Source of the DNA: an uncultured Gemmatimonadales bacterium | GTDB taxonomy: Bacteria; Gemmatimonadota; Gemmatimonadetes; Gemmatimonadales; GWC2-71-9 | DNA: 64,000 nucleotides | Assembly (NCBI GenBank): GCA_963779755.1 | Contig: CAVZZO010000001.1 | Span: 736,001 to 800,000 of the forward strand | Reading direction: 5' to 3' | Shown here: in pieces, positions 17,612 through 26,668 of the stretch | Layout of the letters: every line of letters begins with the position of its first letter | Position numbering within the stretch: position 1 is the stretch's first letter | Program-made: the position numbers and the translations under genes | Notes under the pieces: generated by a model | What the model saw: only the letters and a program-made list of their open reading frames with translations | What the model was told of the DNA's origin: nothing | Databases searched by the model: none

Positions 17612-18469
17612 TTAGCGGGTGCCAGCCGACTCCGGTCCGATCGGAGCCAGCTCGTTCTGATGTTGCGGCAGCCAGGCGTGCCAGACCGCGGCCTCAGGCG
17701 TCTGCAGCGGCTGCAGGGTGCGGAGGAAGTGCACCAGATCCCAGGCGTCGGCCGGCTGGATGTAGTCGGCGAACGACGGCATGGGGGTGCCGTCCAGCCC
17801 CGTCATGAAGATCCTGTAGATGTCGCGGTTGGTCGAGCCGCACTTGAAGCGCGGCACACCGGCGGCAAAGTTGTACGGCCGGATCGGCTGGTCCTTGCTG
17901 TCGGTCAGCGTGGAGGCCGAGGGGCCGTCGCCGTGGCCCGCGGGGCCGTGGCACTTCCAGCACTCCAGCTTCTGGAACAGTTCCCGCCCGTGCAGGATGC
18001 TCTCGATCGTCACCGGCGGCTCGGGCGGGATATTGATGGGCGTCCCCGCCGACTCGTGCTGCCAGCGGGGCGAGAAGGTCTTGATGTAGGCGATCAGATC
18101 CACCCGCTTCTGCGAAGGCAGCGGCCGCCACTGGGGCATGTTGGTGGTGACGAAGCCGCGGGTGATCGCGTCGTACAGGTCCTGATCGGTGGGCAGCGTG
18201 CCGCTCGGCGTGGACCGGCACTTGAACGTGGCCTGGGTGAAATCCCGCGGCTTGGGGTCGATCCACATGGCGTTCTCACCCTGGCCGTCGCCATTGGGGC
18301 CGTGACAGCCGATGCAGAACCGCCGGTAATACTTCTTGCCGGCCGCGGCGCTGCCGGTCATGCCGTCTACCTTCGTGACCGCCTGGGCCCGGGCCGCCGT
18401 GGCGCCGGCGGTGGTCAGCACCAGGCCGAGCGCGGCGGTGCAGGCCAGCGTGGAGTACAAGCGACGCAT
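17612..18469 (-). CDS. Periplasmic dihaem cytochrome c
   Basis: Signal peptide; CIGCH and CWKCH, each followed by an MP axial-Met motif (NMPQW, PMPSF); GGAGG RBS. Confidence 0.92.
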   Translation of the reverse strand: MRRLYSTLACTAALGLVLTTAGATAARAQAVTKVDGMTGSAAAGKKYYRRFCIGCHGPNGDGQGENAMWIDPKPRDFTQATFKCRSTPSGTLPTDQDLYDAITRGFVTTNMPQWRPLPSQKRVDLIAYIKTFSPRWQHESAGTPINIPPEPPVTIESILHGRELFQKLECWKCHGPAGHGDGPSASTLTDSKDQPIRPYNFAAGVPRFKCGSTNRDIYRIFMTGLDGTPMPSFADYIQPADAWDLVHFLRTLQPLQTPEAAVWHAWLPQHQNELAPIGPESAGTR

Positions 18470-18487
18470 CTCAAACCTCCCGGGTGG

Positions 18488-19948
18488 TCAGAAGTCGAAG
18501 TCGAGCCCGAGGAAGACGCTGGTGCTCTTCACCGGCGTCGTGGGCGTCAGGGGGTCGACCCCGGCGCCGTCTCCGCTTAGCGGCATGGTTCCGATCGTCT
18601 TGGTGAAGGAGATCTCACCGATCCAGGCCAGGCCCGCCCGGCTGAACATGATGGGATACCAGCGGTACCCCAGCGTGTAGGCGTCCACGTTGCCCATCTT
18701 GTCGGGGATGCCGGGATCCACCTGCTGCGACATCCGCACCAGCTCGCCCCGCCCGATGAAGACGAACTGCGGGTTCACGTAGTAGTGCGCCTCCAGCAGG
18801 TAGTCGTTCCACTTGGAAGCCTGCGTCCCGGCGCCCAGCGCCGCGTCCGAATGGGCGTGCATGAAGAAGGGGATGAACTCGAGCTGGCCGAGGAAGAGAT
18901 CGCCCACGGCGCCCAGCCGGTAGAAGGTCTTGCCGTCGCTGCCGGTCCCCGGAATCGGCTCGCCGCCCACCGTGATGAACGAGGTCGGCCGCTGGCCCAG
19001 GTACCCGAACACCCCGATCCGGGACACGCCCAGCCGCCCGGCGTCGAAGGCCTGGTCGAAGGTGCCGAAGAAGTCGTAGCCCTGGCTGGTGGTCAGCCCG
19101 GCCTCGCCGTTGGACTGCTCCAGCACGGCGACGCTGGCCCGGGTATAGCTGTTGATCGAATGGCCCAGCCATTCGGCGCCGATCTGGTTCTCGCCCAGGT
19201 CGAACCCGGTGCCGTCGCCCACCGGCGCGAAGTGATAGCCCTGATAGAACCCGCCGTTGTTGGACAGCGTCATGCCGCGCTTCTCGGAGAGCATGTTGTT
19301 CAACTCGAACTTGCCCACCTTGAGGTTGGCCCAGGGCGACTTGAACAGGTTGTTGAAACGGACGAACACGGCCTCGAGCGCCGCGCCCCCGTCTTCGAAG
19401 ACCGGGACGAAACCAAAGGAAATGTTCTTGTAGAGGGTGCCCAGCATGAGGAGGTCTGCCCCGCCGATATCGAAACCCGACTGGGTGACGGTCCGCTCGA
19501 TGGTGCCGCCGGTGCCGTCGTCCACCGGCTGGTTGGTGGTGCGCTCCATGCGCCACTGCGGCGTGGTGCGCACCGCCGCGGGCCAGTAGGCCGGGTTGGT
19601 CCAGATGGGCGAATCCCGCTCGTTGCCCATCTGATACCCGTTGTCCTTGAAGGTCTGCCCGAACTCGTTGAGCTCCGGCCACGCCGTGTGGCAGGCCGAA
19701 CAGGGCAGCCCGTATTTGCGGGCAAAGGCCGGAATGGCGGCATTGCGGTGCACCGCATTCAGTCGGGAAGCGATGTACGCGCGGACCGCGGGGGCGGTGG
19801 CGGACAGCGCTACCGGGGCGGCCACGACGGCCCGCGCCGGAGTGGCGGCGGGAGCGGGGGCAGCAGCGAGTGGGGGGACGGCCGGCGACGCCAGTGCCAG
19901 CGTGCCGAGCAGTCCGAGCGAAAGGCCCTTCGTGAACCACGCCATCAT
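18488..19948 (-). CDS. cyc2: Cyc2-like outer-membrane fused cytochrome c-porin
   Basis: AIPAFARKYGLPCSACH...PELNEFGQTFKDNGY N-terminal signature; amphipathic beta strands; C-terminal GLDFDF. Start re-called to ATG 19948 (or 19945) behind AGGAGG. Confidence 0.8.
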   Translation of the reverse strand: MMAWFTKGLSLGLLGTLALASPAVPPLAAAPAPAATPARAVVAAPVALSATAPAVRAYIASRLNAVHRNAAIPAFARKYGLPCSACHTAWPELNEFGQTFKDNGYQMGNERDSPIWTNPAYWPAAVRTTPQWRMERTTNQPVDDGTGGTIERTVTQSGFDIGGADLLMLGTLYKNISFGFVPVFEDGGAALEAVFVRFNNLFKSPWANLKVGKFELNNMLSEKRGMTLSNNGGFYQGYHFAPVGDGTGFDLGENQIGAEWLGHSINSYTRASVAVLEQSNGEAGLTTSQGYDFFGTFDQAFDAGRLGVSRIGVFGYLGQRPTSFITVGGEPIPGTGSDGKTFYRLGAVGDLFLGQLEFIPFFMHAHSDAALGAGTQASKWNDYLLEAHYYVNPQFVFIGRGELVRMSQQVDPGIPDKMGNVDAYTLGYRWYPIMFSRAGLAWIGEISFTKTIGTMPLSGDGAGVDPLTPTTPVKSTSVFLGLDFDF

Positions 19949-20192
19949 ACCGCCTCCTGGTGGAAGTACGGCAGGCCGGGACGGGTGCGGAGGACACCGG
20001 AACCCACGGGCAAACCAGCAGCGGCGAAACAGCGCCGCGGTGACGCCAAAAAGCTGACCCGGCGGCAGCTGCGACCAGCCAGGGATCAGGAGGAAACGCC
20101 GAATTGCCTCGACGCGTTGCTCGATATGCTCGGTCTGATCGGAGAGCGGCACGGCGATCAGGGGGGATCGCCGGTCGGAATTATCCAGCGAT

Positions 20193-20221
20193 GAAATACA
20201 AACTGGCGGATTTCTTGTCAA
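20193..20221 (-). promoter_or_regulatory. Putative sigma70 promoter for the cyc2-cox operon
   Basis: Minus strand TTGACA-17 nt-TATTTC within an AT-rich patch. Confidence 0.55.
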
Positions 20222-20567
20222 GCAGAAGCTTTACAGCAACCAGCTTGTAACAAATGGTGCAAGGCGACTGAATGGCCGGGAAACAGCGCGTTCCTCTCCC
20301 TGTGGCCGCACGGTCGGGACAGTATCCCCGCACTTCCCGATCGACCTTCTTGCCCGGCTGTCCCCTGACAGGTCCGTAGCCGCGCCGCGAGATCGCCGCC
20401 GCCGGGGATCGACATCGGCCGCGGTAACCACCGGCCCCCCGCGGCTCCCTGCTCCCCATGTCCCGGGACTGGTTCCCATGACTCTTCCTGGGTATTTCTC
20501 AGGTCCGGGCCGCGATGCCTGCCGCAGATGTACGGTCCTTCCTCCACCCGCCTGATCCGGGGGTATT

Positions 20568-22607
20568 ATGCGATTTGCGCCTGTCCTGATGCTTGCCGTT
20601 CTCGCCGCGCCGGCTGCGGCGCAGCAGTCCTCCTCCTGGCCCGCCCGTCCCATCCACCACGACATCCCGATGACCGACATGATCCAGCGGGCGTTCGCCG
20701 CCGGCACGCGGGATTCCAGCGGGAAACCGGGCCCCCACTACTGGCAACTGCACACCGACTATGCCATCCAGGCCAGGTTCGACCCGGCCACCGGGCTGGT
20801 CACCGGCAGCGAGCATGTGACGGTGCAGAACCCGAGCGACAGCGCGCTCAACGCGATCGTGCTGCGCCTGGACCAGAACCTCTTCACGGCCAACGTTCCG
20901 CGGGCCGAGGTGGTCACCCAGATCACCGGCGGTATGCAGCTCAGCCGGTTGCAGGTGAACGGCCAGCCGGTGGATCTCAACCCGCCGCCGCGGCGGCGCC
21001 GGTTCGGCGGCCAGGCGCCCCAGGTAACGCTGGCGGCGTACGATACGTCGCAGACCGTCTCGGTCATCACCCTGCCCGAGCCGGTCGCGGCCCACGGCAG
21101 CTTCACCCTGGACGCCGACTGGACCTTCACCGTGCCCAAGGTGGACTCGGGGACGCGGGGGGTGCGCATGGGCGCCTGGGGCGATTCGCTCTACCAGGTG
21201 GGCCAGTGGTACCCGCGGGTCGCGGTCTACGACGATCTGCGCGGCTGGGACACCGATCCCTACCTCGGCCCCTCGGAGTTCTATAACAACTTCGGCCATT
21301 TCGACGTGAAGCTCGACCTGCCGGCCGGCTGGATCGTCGGCGCCACCGGCACACTCCAGAACCCCGGGGAGGTGCTGACGCCGGCGGTGCGGCAGCGGCT
21401 GTCGCAGGTGCTGGCGGCCGACTCGACCATCCGCATTCTGGGACCCGACGAGTTCGGCCCCGGCAAGGCGACCGCCGCGGGCGAGCGGCTGGTGTGGCAC
21501 TTCACCGCCGACACGGTGGGCGACGTCGCCTGGGCGGCCTCCAACCAGTTCGTGTGGGATGCGACCAATGCCGCCATTCCCGGCGGCTCGAAGATCCCCG
21601 TCTACATCATGTATCTCCCCGGCCACGAGAAACAGTACGCCGCCGCCGGCCCCATCGCGCGGCACGCCCTCGAGTTCTACTCCGGGCTGTGGATGCCCTA
21701 CAGTTTTCCCTCGCTCACCATCGTGGACGGCCCCGAGCTGGGGATGGAATATCCCATGTTCATCATGTCCAGCGCCGGCGCGGCCGATCATGAAATCGGG
21801 CATCAGTGGTGGCCCATGATGGTGGGCACCAACGAGACCTGGTACGGCTTCATGGACGAGGGTTTCAACCAGTACATGAACATCCTGTCCCGCGACGACC
21901 GGATGAGCCGGCCCGCCAATCTCGACGGCTACGGCCAGGCCTACGGCCAGATCAGCGGTAACGAGCGGGAGGCGCCGCTCATGTGGGATGCCAACTACGG
22001 CGGCCCCATGTACTCCTTTCAGGCGTACGGCAAGGCGCCCATGATGCTGTCGATGCTGGGAGGGATCGTGGGAGACACGGCGGTGTGGCGCGCCATGAGC
22101 GGCTACGCCAAAGCCTGGAAATTCAAACACCCCAGCCCCTGGGATTACGCGTTCTATATGGATACCGCGCTGCACCGGGACCTGGGCTGGTTCTGGTACT
22201 ACTGGCTCTTCACCACGGACGCGGTAGACGGCTCGATCCAGGGGGTGAAGACCAGCGGCGGCCGCACCACGGTGACGGTGCGGCAGGCGGGCGAGATGCC
22301 CTCACCGGTAGTGCTGGCGGTGCATTTTGCGCCCCAGGGGCCGGCCATTCGCGCGATGCGCAACGCCACCGTGGTCGATGACTCGACCGCCGTCGTGCGC
22401 TGGCCCGCGAGCGTCTGGTGGAACGGCAGCCGGACCTTCGACGCGACGCTCGATTTCGGGCCCCGGAAGATTGACCGCATCGTGTTCGATCCCCACTGCC
22501 GGTTCCCCGACAACAACGTGGACGACAACACCTGGCCCCGCCAGGCGGCGCCGGCGGATACGGCCCAGGCAAGGGGCCGCTTTGCCGGGCCACAGTGCCG
22601 GGGGTAG
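20568..22607 (+). CDS. Secreted M1 family zinc aminopeptidase
   Basis: Signal peptide; GMEYP; HEIGHQWW...MDEG. Confidence 0.92.
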   Translation: MRFAPVLMLAVLAAPAAAQQSSSWPARPIHHDIPMTDMIQRAFAAGTRDSSGKPGPHYWQLHTDYAIQARFDPATGLVTGSEHVTVQNPSDSALNAIVLRLDQNLFTANVPRAEVVTQITGGMQLSRLQVNGQPVDLNPPPRRRRFGGQAPQVTLAAYDTSQTVSVITLPEPVAAHGSFTLDADWTFTVPKVDSGTRGVRMGAWGDSLYQVGQWYPRVAVYDDLRGWDTDPYLGPSEFYNNFGHFDVKLDLPAGWIVGATGTLQNPGEVLTPAVRQRLSQVLAADSTIRILGPDEFGPGKATAAGERLVWHFTADTVGDVAWAASNQFVWDATNAAIPGGSKIPVYIMYLPGHEKQYAAAGPIARHALEFYSGLWMPYSFPSLTIVDGPELGMEYPMFIMSSAGAADHEIGHQWWPMMVGTNETWYGFMDEGFNQYMNILSRDDRMSRPANLDGYGQAYGQISGNEREAPLMWDANYGGPMYSFQAYGKAPMMLSMLGGIVGDTAVWRAMSGYAKAWKFKHPSPWDYAFYMDTALHRDLGWFWYYWLFTTDAVDGSIQGVKTSGGRTTVTVRQAGEMPSPVVLAVHFAPQGPAIRAMRNATVVDDSTAVVRWPASVWWNGSRTFDATLDFGPRKIDRIVFDPHCRFPDNNVDDNTWPRQAAPADTAQARGRFAGPQCRG

Positions 22608-22617
22608 AATGCTCTTT

Positions 22618-22870
22618 AACCGCGAAGACGCCAAGAACGCCAAGGTCTGTTTGTGGAGGAGCGCCTTTAACGCCTCGCCCGCGTCCGGCGTGCCGTTACC
22701 CTGAACCCGCTTTGCGCGCCTCGCGCGTCCCGCCTAAGTGGAAATGCCACCGCATGGACGTCGCGCAATACGTTGGTGGGAGGAGTTTCGTGTCTTGTGC
22801 GACAGGCGAGGGATCGAACGCATTCCCCGCCCATAGGCGCCTTCTTCGCGTGCTTTGCGTCTTCGCGGTT
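22618..22870. repeat. About 250-bp MITE/REP-like element with 27-bp terminal inverted repeats made of 9-nt units
   Basis: AACCGCGAAGACGCCAAGAACGCCAAG versus reverse complement AACCGCGAAGACGCAAAGCACGCGAAG (24/27 identical). Confidence 0.75.
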
Positions 22871-22895
22871 TCATTTCCCTTCCAGAGGAGGCTTG

Positions 22896-24289
22896 ATGCG
22901 CAGATCTGTCTTGGTGTCCGCTATCGTCCCTGGGCTCGTTGCGGCGGCGCTTCACGCCCAGGACCCGGGCGTCGCCGTGCGCCCTTCGACCAGAAGCACG
23001 GCGGCAGCAAGTCGGTACAGCTGGTGGCCCACGTGGTGACCCATCCCGGCGCCTGGAAGGCTGCGGACATCGAGATGGAGCAGGATCCCGGCCGTCCCTA
23101 CGTGTACATCTCCGGCTTCGTCAACAACGACGCGCAGATCTACGACGTGCGCGATCCGGCCCACCCGAAAAAGGTCTTCGACTGGACCATCGAGAACCCC
23201 GAGCTGCACCGCGGCATCGGGGCCATGGACGGGAAGTACTTCAAGGTGGGGAACCGCTATTACTACGCCCAGTCCTGGCAGTTCATGCAGGGAAGCCCCG
23301 ACACCGATCTCGGCGCCATCATCTGGGACGTGACCGGGCTGCCCGATTCCTCGAAGGTGAAAGAGGTGGCGCGGATCCGCTATCCCCAGTCGCCGGGCGG
23401 CTTCCATAATACCTTTGCCTACAAGCACTCCGACGGGCGGGTGCTGTACTTCGCCACCGTCAACCAGCCCTACGCGCTGATCTATGATCTGGGCAAGATC
23501 GTGAGCGGAGCGGATACCAGCACCTGGCTGGTCGGCAAGGTCCCCAACCCCACGCCCTTCCGCCAGATCGGGGCCGGCGGATACCACGACTTCTACGTGG
23601 GCTACGACCCGGCCACCCATCAGGACAAGTTCTACGGCGCCGGGCTGGGCGGCTATTCGGTGTGGGATGTTACCCACCCCGAGCAGCCCACGGCGATGTT
23701 CACCATCACCGGGCTGGGCATGGACATCGCCCATACGTTTACCCCCTCGCCCGACGGGCGCTACGCCGTCACCGAGACGGAATACCAGTACACCCCGCTG
23801 CGGATCTGGGACCTCCAGCCCGGGCAGACGGGCAAGCAGCAGAACCTGGATATCGCCATGAGCGCCTGGGCCGCCGACTGGCGCGACCTCTCCCATAATC
23901 ACGAGGTCCGCTGGCCCTACGTGTTCGTCTCAGCGTACGAGGACGGCTTCCAGGTGTTCGATCTGAAAGACCCCGCAAACCCGAAGACCGACGGCTGGTA
24001 CTTCACCTGCGAATGCCAGCACGAGCACGGCTTCGGCGGGACGCCGGATAACGGCTGGCAGAGCACCACCAGTGTGGAGCAGGGGGCCTTCGGGGTGGAC
24101 GTGCGCAACTCCGACGGGCTCATCGCGCTGTCCGACATGCGCACCGGCCTCTGGCTGTTCCGCCTCAACGGCTTCAAGGGGTGGAACGGAAAGGACGTGG
24201 GCATGCCCAACATCTCCAGCGTGCAGGACTGGGACCACGGCCCGGCGGCCGCCATGACGCCGGCCGGCTCGCCGGGCGGCGGCCGGTGA
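22896..24289 (+). pseudogene. Secreted LVIVD-type His-rich beta-propeller protein with an apparent frameshift near 22982-22984 (real or a sequencing error)
   Basis: GAGGAGG plus ATG 22896 gives a signal peptide (MRRSVLVSAIVPGLVAAALHAQDP). The mature domain (PFDQKHGG..., IYDVRDP, VWDVTHP, VFDLKDP, HN/HD/HT motifs) is in the -1 frame. Confidence 0.7.
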
Positions 24290-24777
24290 AGCTGTTGGGG
24301 CTCTGGGCGGCGGGACTCCTGGCGTGCGCGCCGGGAGCCGCCGCCGCGCAGAGCGGCCCGTTCGACATTCCGCTCTTCGCCGCCGCACCGGCGCCGGCGG
24401 CGCAGGGCCAGGCGAGGCTGGTCTACGCCGACTCGCCCTTCGGCGTGGCGGTCACCGAGGACGGCCGCGCCAGGTTCGACGTGCAGCTCACCGCCCGCGG
24501 CCTGCCCGATCCGGCCTTCCTCGGCCCCTACCACACCTATGTCGCCTGGGCGGCCACGCCGGACCTGGCCCAGTGGGTGCGGCTGGGGCCCGTCACCAAC
24601 GGCCGCACCACGGTCGGCCCGGTTGAGTTCAACAAGTTTCTCTTCGTCGTGACTGCCGAGCCCGATACCGCGGCCGCCGGCAAGCGGGGGCCGACGGTGC
24701 TGCACGGAACCTCCCCCAGCGGCTGGCTGCAATCCTTCCTCACGCACCCGCTCTTCCGCGGCGTGTCGGCGTACTGA
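24286..24777 (+). CDS. Secreted hypothetical protein
   Basis: GTGA overlap with the upstream stop; signal peptide; SPFGVAVT...YVAWA...FVVTAEP. Confidence 0.75.
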   Translation: MKLLGLWAAGLLACAPGAAAAQSGPFDIPLFAAAPAPAAQGQARLVYADSPFGVAVTEDGRARFDVQLTARGLPDPAFLGPYHTYVAWAATPDLAQWVRLGPVTNGRTTVGPVEFNKFLFVVTAEPDTAAAGKRGPTVLHGTSPSGWLQSFLTHPLFRGVSAY

Positions 24778-24810
24778 TGGTTCCGCTCGCCGTGTGAGCT
24801 CTCCGAAATA

Positions 24811-24955
24811 GAATCCACAGATTACACAGATTACGCAGATTACTGGTGATTGATTTCCGTGATTACTTCAACCCGCAAGCCATCTGGTCGTCGATGCTGG
24901 GAACCCCGCTCAGGGAAGGGGTTAATCTGTATAAATCTGTGTAATCTGTGGATTC
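24811..24955. repeat. Inverted pair of 9-nt-unit arrays (acagattac-type)
   Basis: 22-bp perfect inverted repeat GAATCCACAGATTACACAGATT at both ends, around an AT-richer core. Confidence 0.85.
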
Positions 24956-24984
24956 CTCCTCGCGCTCTCGGCGTCCTCGGACTC

Positions 24985-26619
24985 ATGGTCGTGCTGCTAT
25001 GGCCGCGGTATGCCCTTGCGCAGGAGCCCATGCACGGCATGCAGGGCGGTCACACGATGCCCATCCCCATGCCGCCCGGCATGCCCATGATCCCGGGCCT
25101 GGTGGGCATCACGCCGCCGGTGACCCCGTTCCTGCCGGGGCAGGGAGTGGATCCCGCCACCCTGCCCCTGGCAAAACCGGGGACAGTGGTGCGGCTGGCC
25201 GACGGCGATACGCTGGACCTCACCGCCATGCTGGTGCGCCGCACCATCCGGGGACGCACCTTCACCATGTACGGCTTCAATGGGCAGGTGCCCGGCCCGT
25301 TGCTGCGGGTTCCGCAGAATGCCACCATCATCATCCGCTACCGCAACCGGATCGACCTGCCGGGCACGGTGCACTGGCACGGGGTGCGGCTGGATAACCG
25401 CTTCGACGGCGTCCCCGGGGTGACGCAGGCGCCGGTGGCCCCGGGCGACAGCTTCACCTACCGGGTGCATTTTCCCGATGCCGGCATCTACTGGTACCAC
25501 CCGCACGTGCGGGAGGATATCGAGCAGTCCATGGGGCTCTACGGCAACATGCTGGTGGACTCCCCGGACCGGGACTATTACTCCCCCGCCAACCGGGAGG
25601 AGGCGCTGGTCCTGAGCGATCTCCTGATCAACGGCGACAGTCTCATCCCCTTCGGCCGGGAGGGCCCGGATTTCGCGCTGATGGGTCGGCTGGGTAACGT
25701 GCTGCTGGTGAACGGCGAGCCCGCCTACCGCCTGCGGGTGCACCAGGGCGAGGTGGTGCGGTTCTACCTCACCGACGTGTCCAGTTCGCGTACCTGGAAC
25801 CTGTCCTTCGGCGGGGCGCCCATGAAGGTGGTCGCGTCCGATGTGAGCCGGTTCGAGCACGAGGCGCGGGTCCAAAGCGTGGTGCTGGCGCCCGCCGAGC
25901 GCTATGTGGTCGAGGTCCGCTTCGAGCGGCCGGGGACGTACACCGTGGTGAACTCGGTGCAGGCCATCAATCACTACCGCGGCGAGTTCGAACCCGAGGT
26001 GGACACGCTGGGCACCGTCACCGTAGACTCCACGCCGGCCGCGCCCGATTATGCCGCAGCCTTCGACTCCCTGCGGGCCTACTCCGCGGTGACGCGGGAG
26101 ATCGACCGCTACCGTCCCGACTTCGACCGGCCGCCGGACAAGACGCTCACCCTGACGGTGCGGACCACCGCGCTGCCGCTCGCCACCGTGCAGTTCATGA
26201 GCATCGACACCGCCTATTACGCGCCGGTCGAGTGGGTGGACGGGATGCCGATAATGAACTGGCTCTCGACCAGCAAGCAGGTACGCTGGATCCTGCGGGA
26301 CGAGGCCGGGCGGGAGAACGACGACATCGACTGGCACGTCAGGCGCGGCTCGGTGGTGAAGCTCCGGCTGTTCAACGACCCGAAATCGTTTCACCCCATG
26401 CAGCACCCCATCCACCTTCACGGTCAGCGGATGCTGGTGGTGGCCCGCGACGGCGTGGCCACCACAAACCTGGTGTGGAAGGACACGGTGCTGGTGCCGG
26501 TGGGGTCGACGGTGGACGTGCTGATCGACGCCTCGAACCCCGGCAACTGGATGCTGCACTGCCATATCGCCGAGCACCTGGGCTCGGGGATGATGACCGT
26601 GCTGCACGTGGATCCCTGA
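24985..26619 (+). CDS. Three-domain multicopper oxidase with a Met/His-rich N-terminus (start uncertain)
   Basis: HWHG, WYHPH, HPIHLHG and HCHIAEHLGSGM motifs. Confidence 0.93.
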   Translation: MVVLLWPRYALAQEPMHGMQGGHTMPIPMPPGMPMIPGLVGITPPVTPFLPGQGVDPATLPLAKPGTVVRLADGDTLDLTAMLVRRTIRGRTFTMYGFNGQVPGPLLRVPQNATIIIRYRNRIDLPGTVHWHGVRLDNRFDGVPGVTQAPVAPGDSFTYRVHFPDAGIYWYHPHVREDIEQSMGLYGNMLVDSPDRDYYSPANREEALVLSDLLINGDSLIPFGREGPDFALMGRLGNVLLVNGEPAYRLRVHQGEVVRFYLTDVSSSRTWNLSFGGAPMKVVASDVSRFEHEARVQSVVLAPAERYVVEVRFERPGTYTVVNSVQAINHYRGEFEPEVDTLGTVTVDSTPAAPDYAAAFDSLRAYSAVTREIDRYRPDFDRPPDKTLTLTVRTTALPLATVQFMSIDTAYYAPVEWVDGMPIMNWLSTSKQVRWILRDEAGRENDDIDWHVRRGSVVKLRLFNDPKSFHPMQHPIHLHGQRMLVVARDGVATTNLVWKDTVLVPVGSTVDVLIDASNPGNWMLHCHIAEHLGSGMMTVLHVDP

Positions 26620-26668
26620 CTACCGCGGGCAGATTGCCCGGGTGCGGCCCCGGAGTTCTATTGTCCCC

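Noticed and set aside
14076..18580. Long opposite-strand ORFs (for example 14076-15863, 15935-18580; also 28543-30837, 37504-40260, 39993-42371)
   Set aside because: Shadow ORFs of GC-rich genes; no motifs, and they overlap well-supported CDSs.
20005..20087. Plus-strand resemblance to a c-di-GMP-I riboswitch (GGGCAAACC...GAAA...GGTGACGC.AAA)
   Set aside because: No clean GNRA-capped stem or receptor helix, and it is antisense to the cyc2 leader. An Infernal search would settle it.
19949..20221. N-terminal extension of the Cyc2 ORF to 20221 in the ORF track
   Set aside because: It starts at the TTG of the putative -35 box; the RBS and signal peptide are at 19948/19945.
20244..20263. Rex or FNR box upstream of cyc2
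   Set aside because: Only a partial match to either consensus; kept as an unassigned palindrome.
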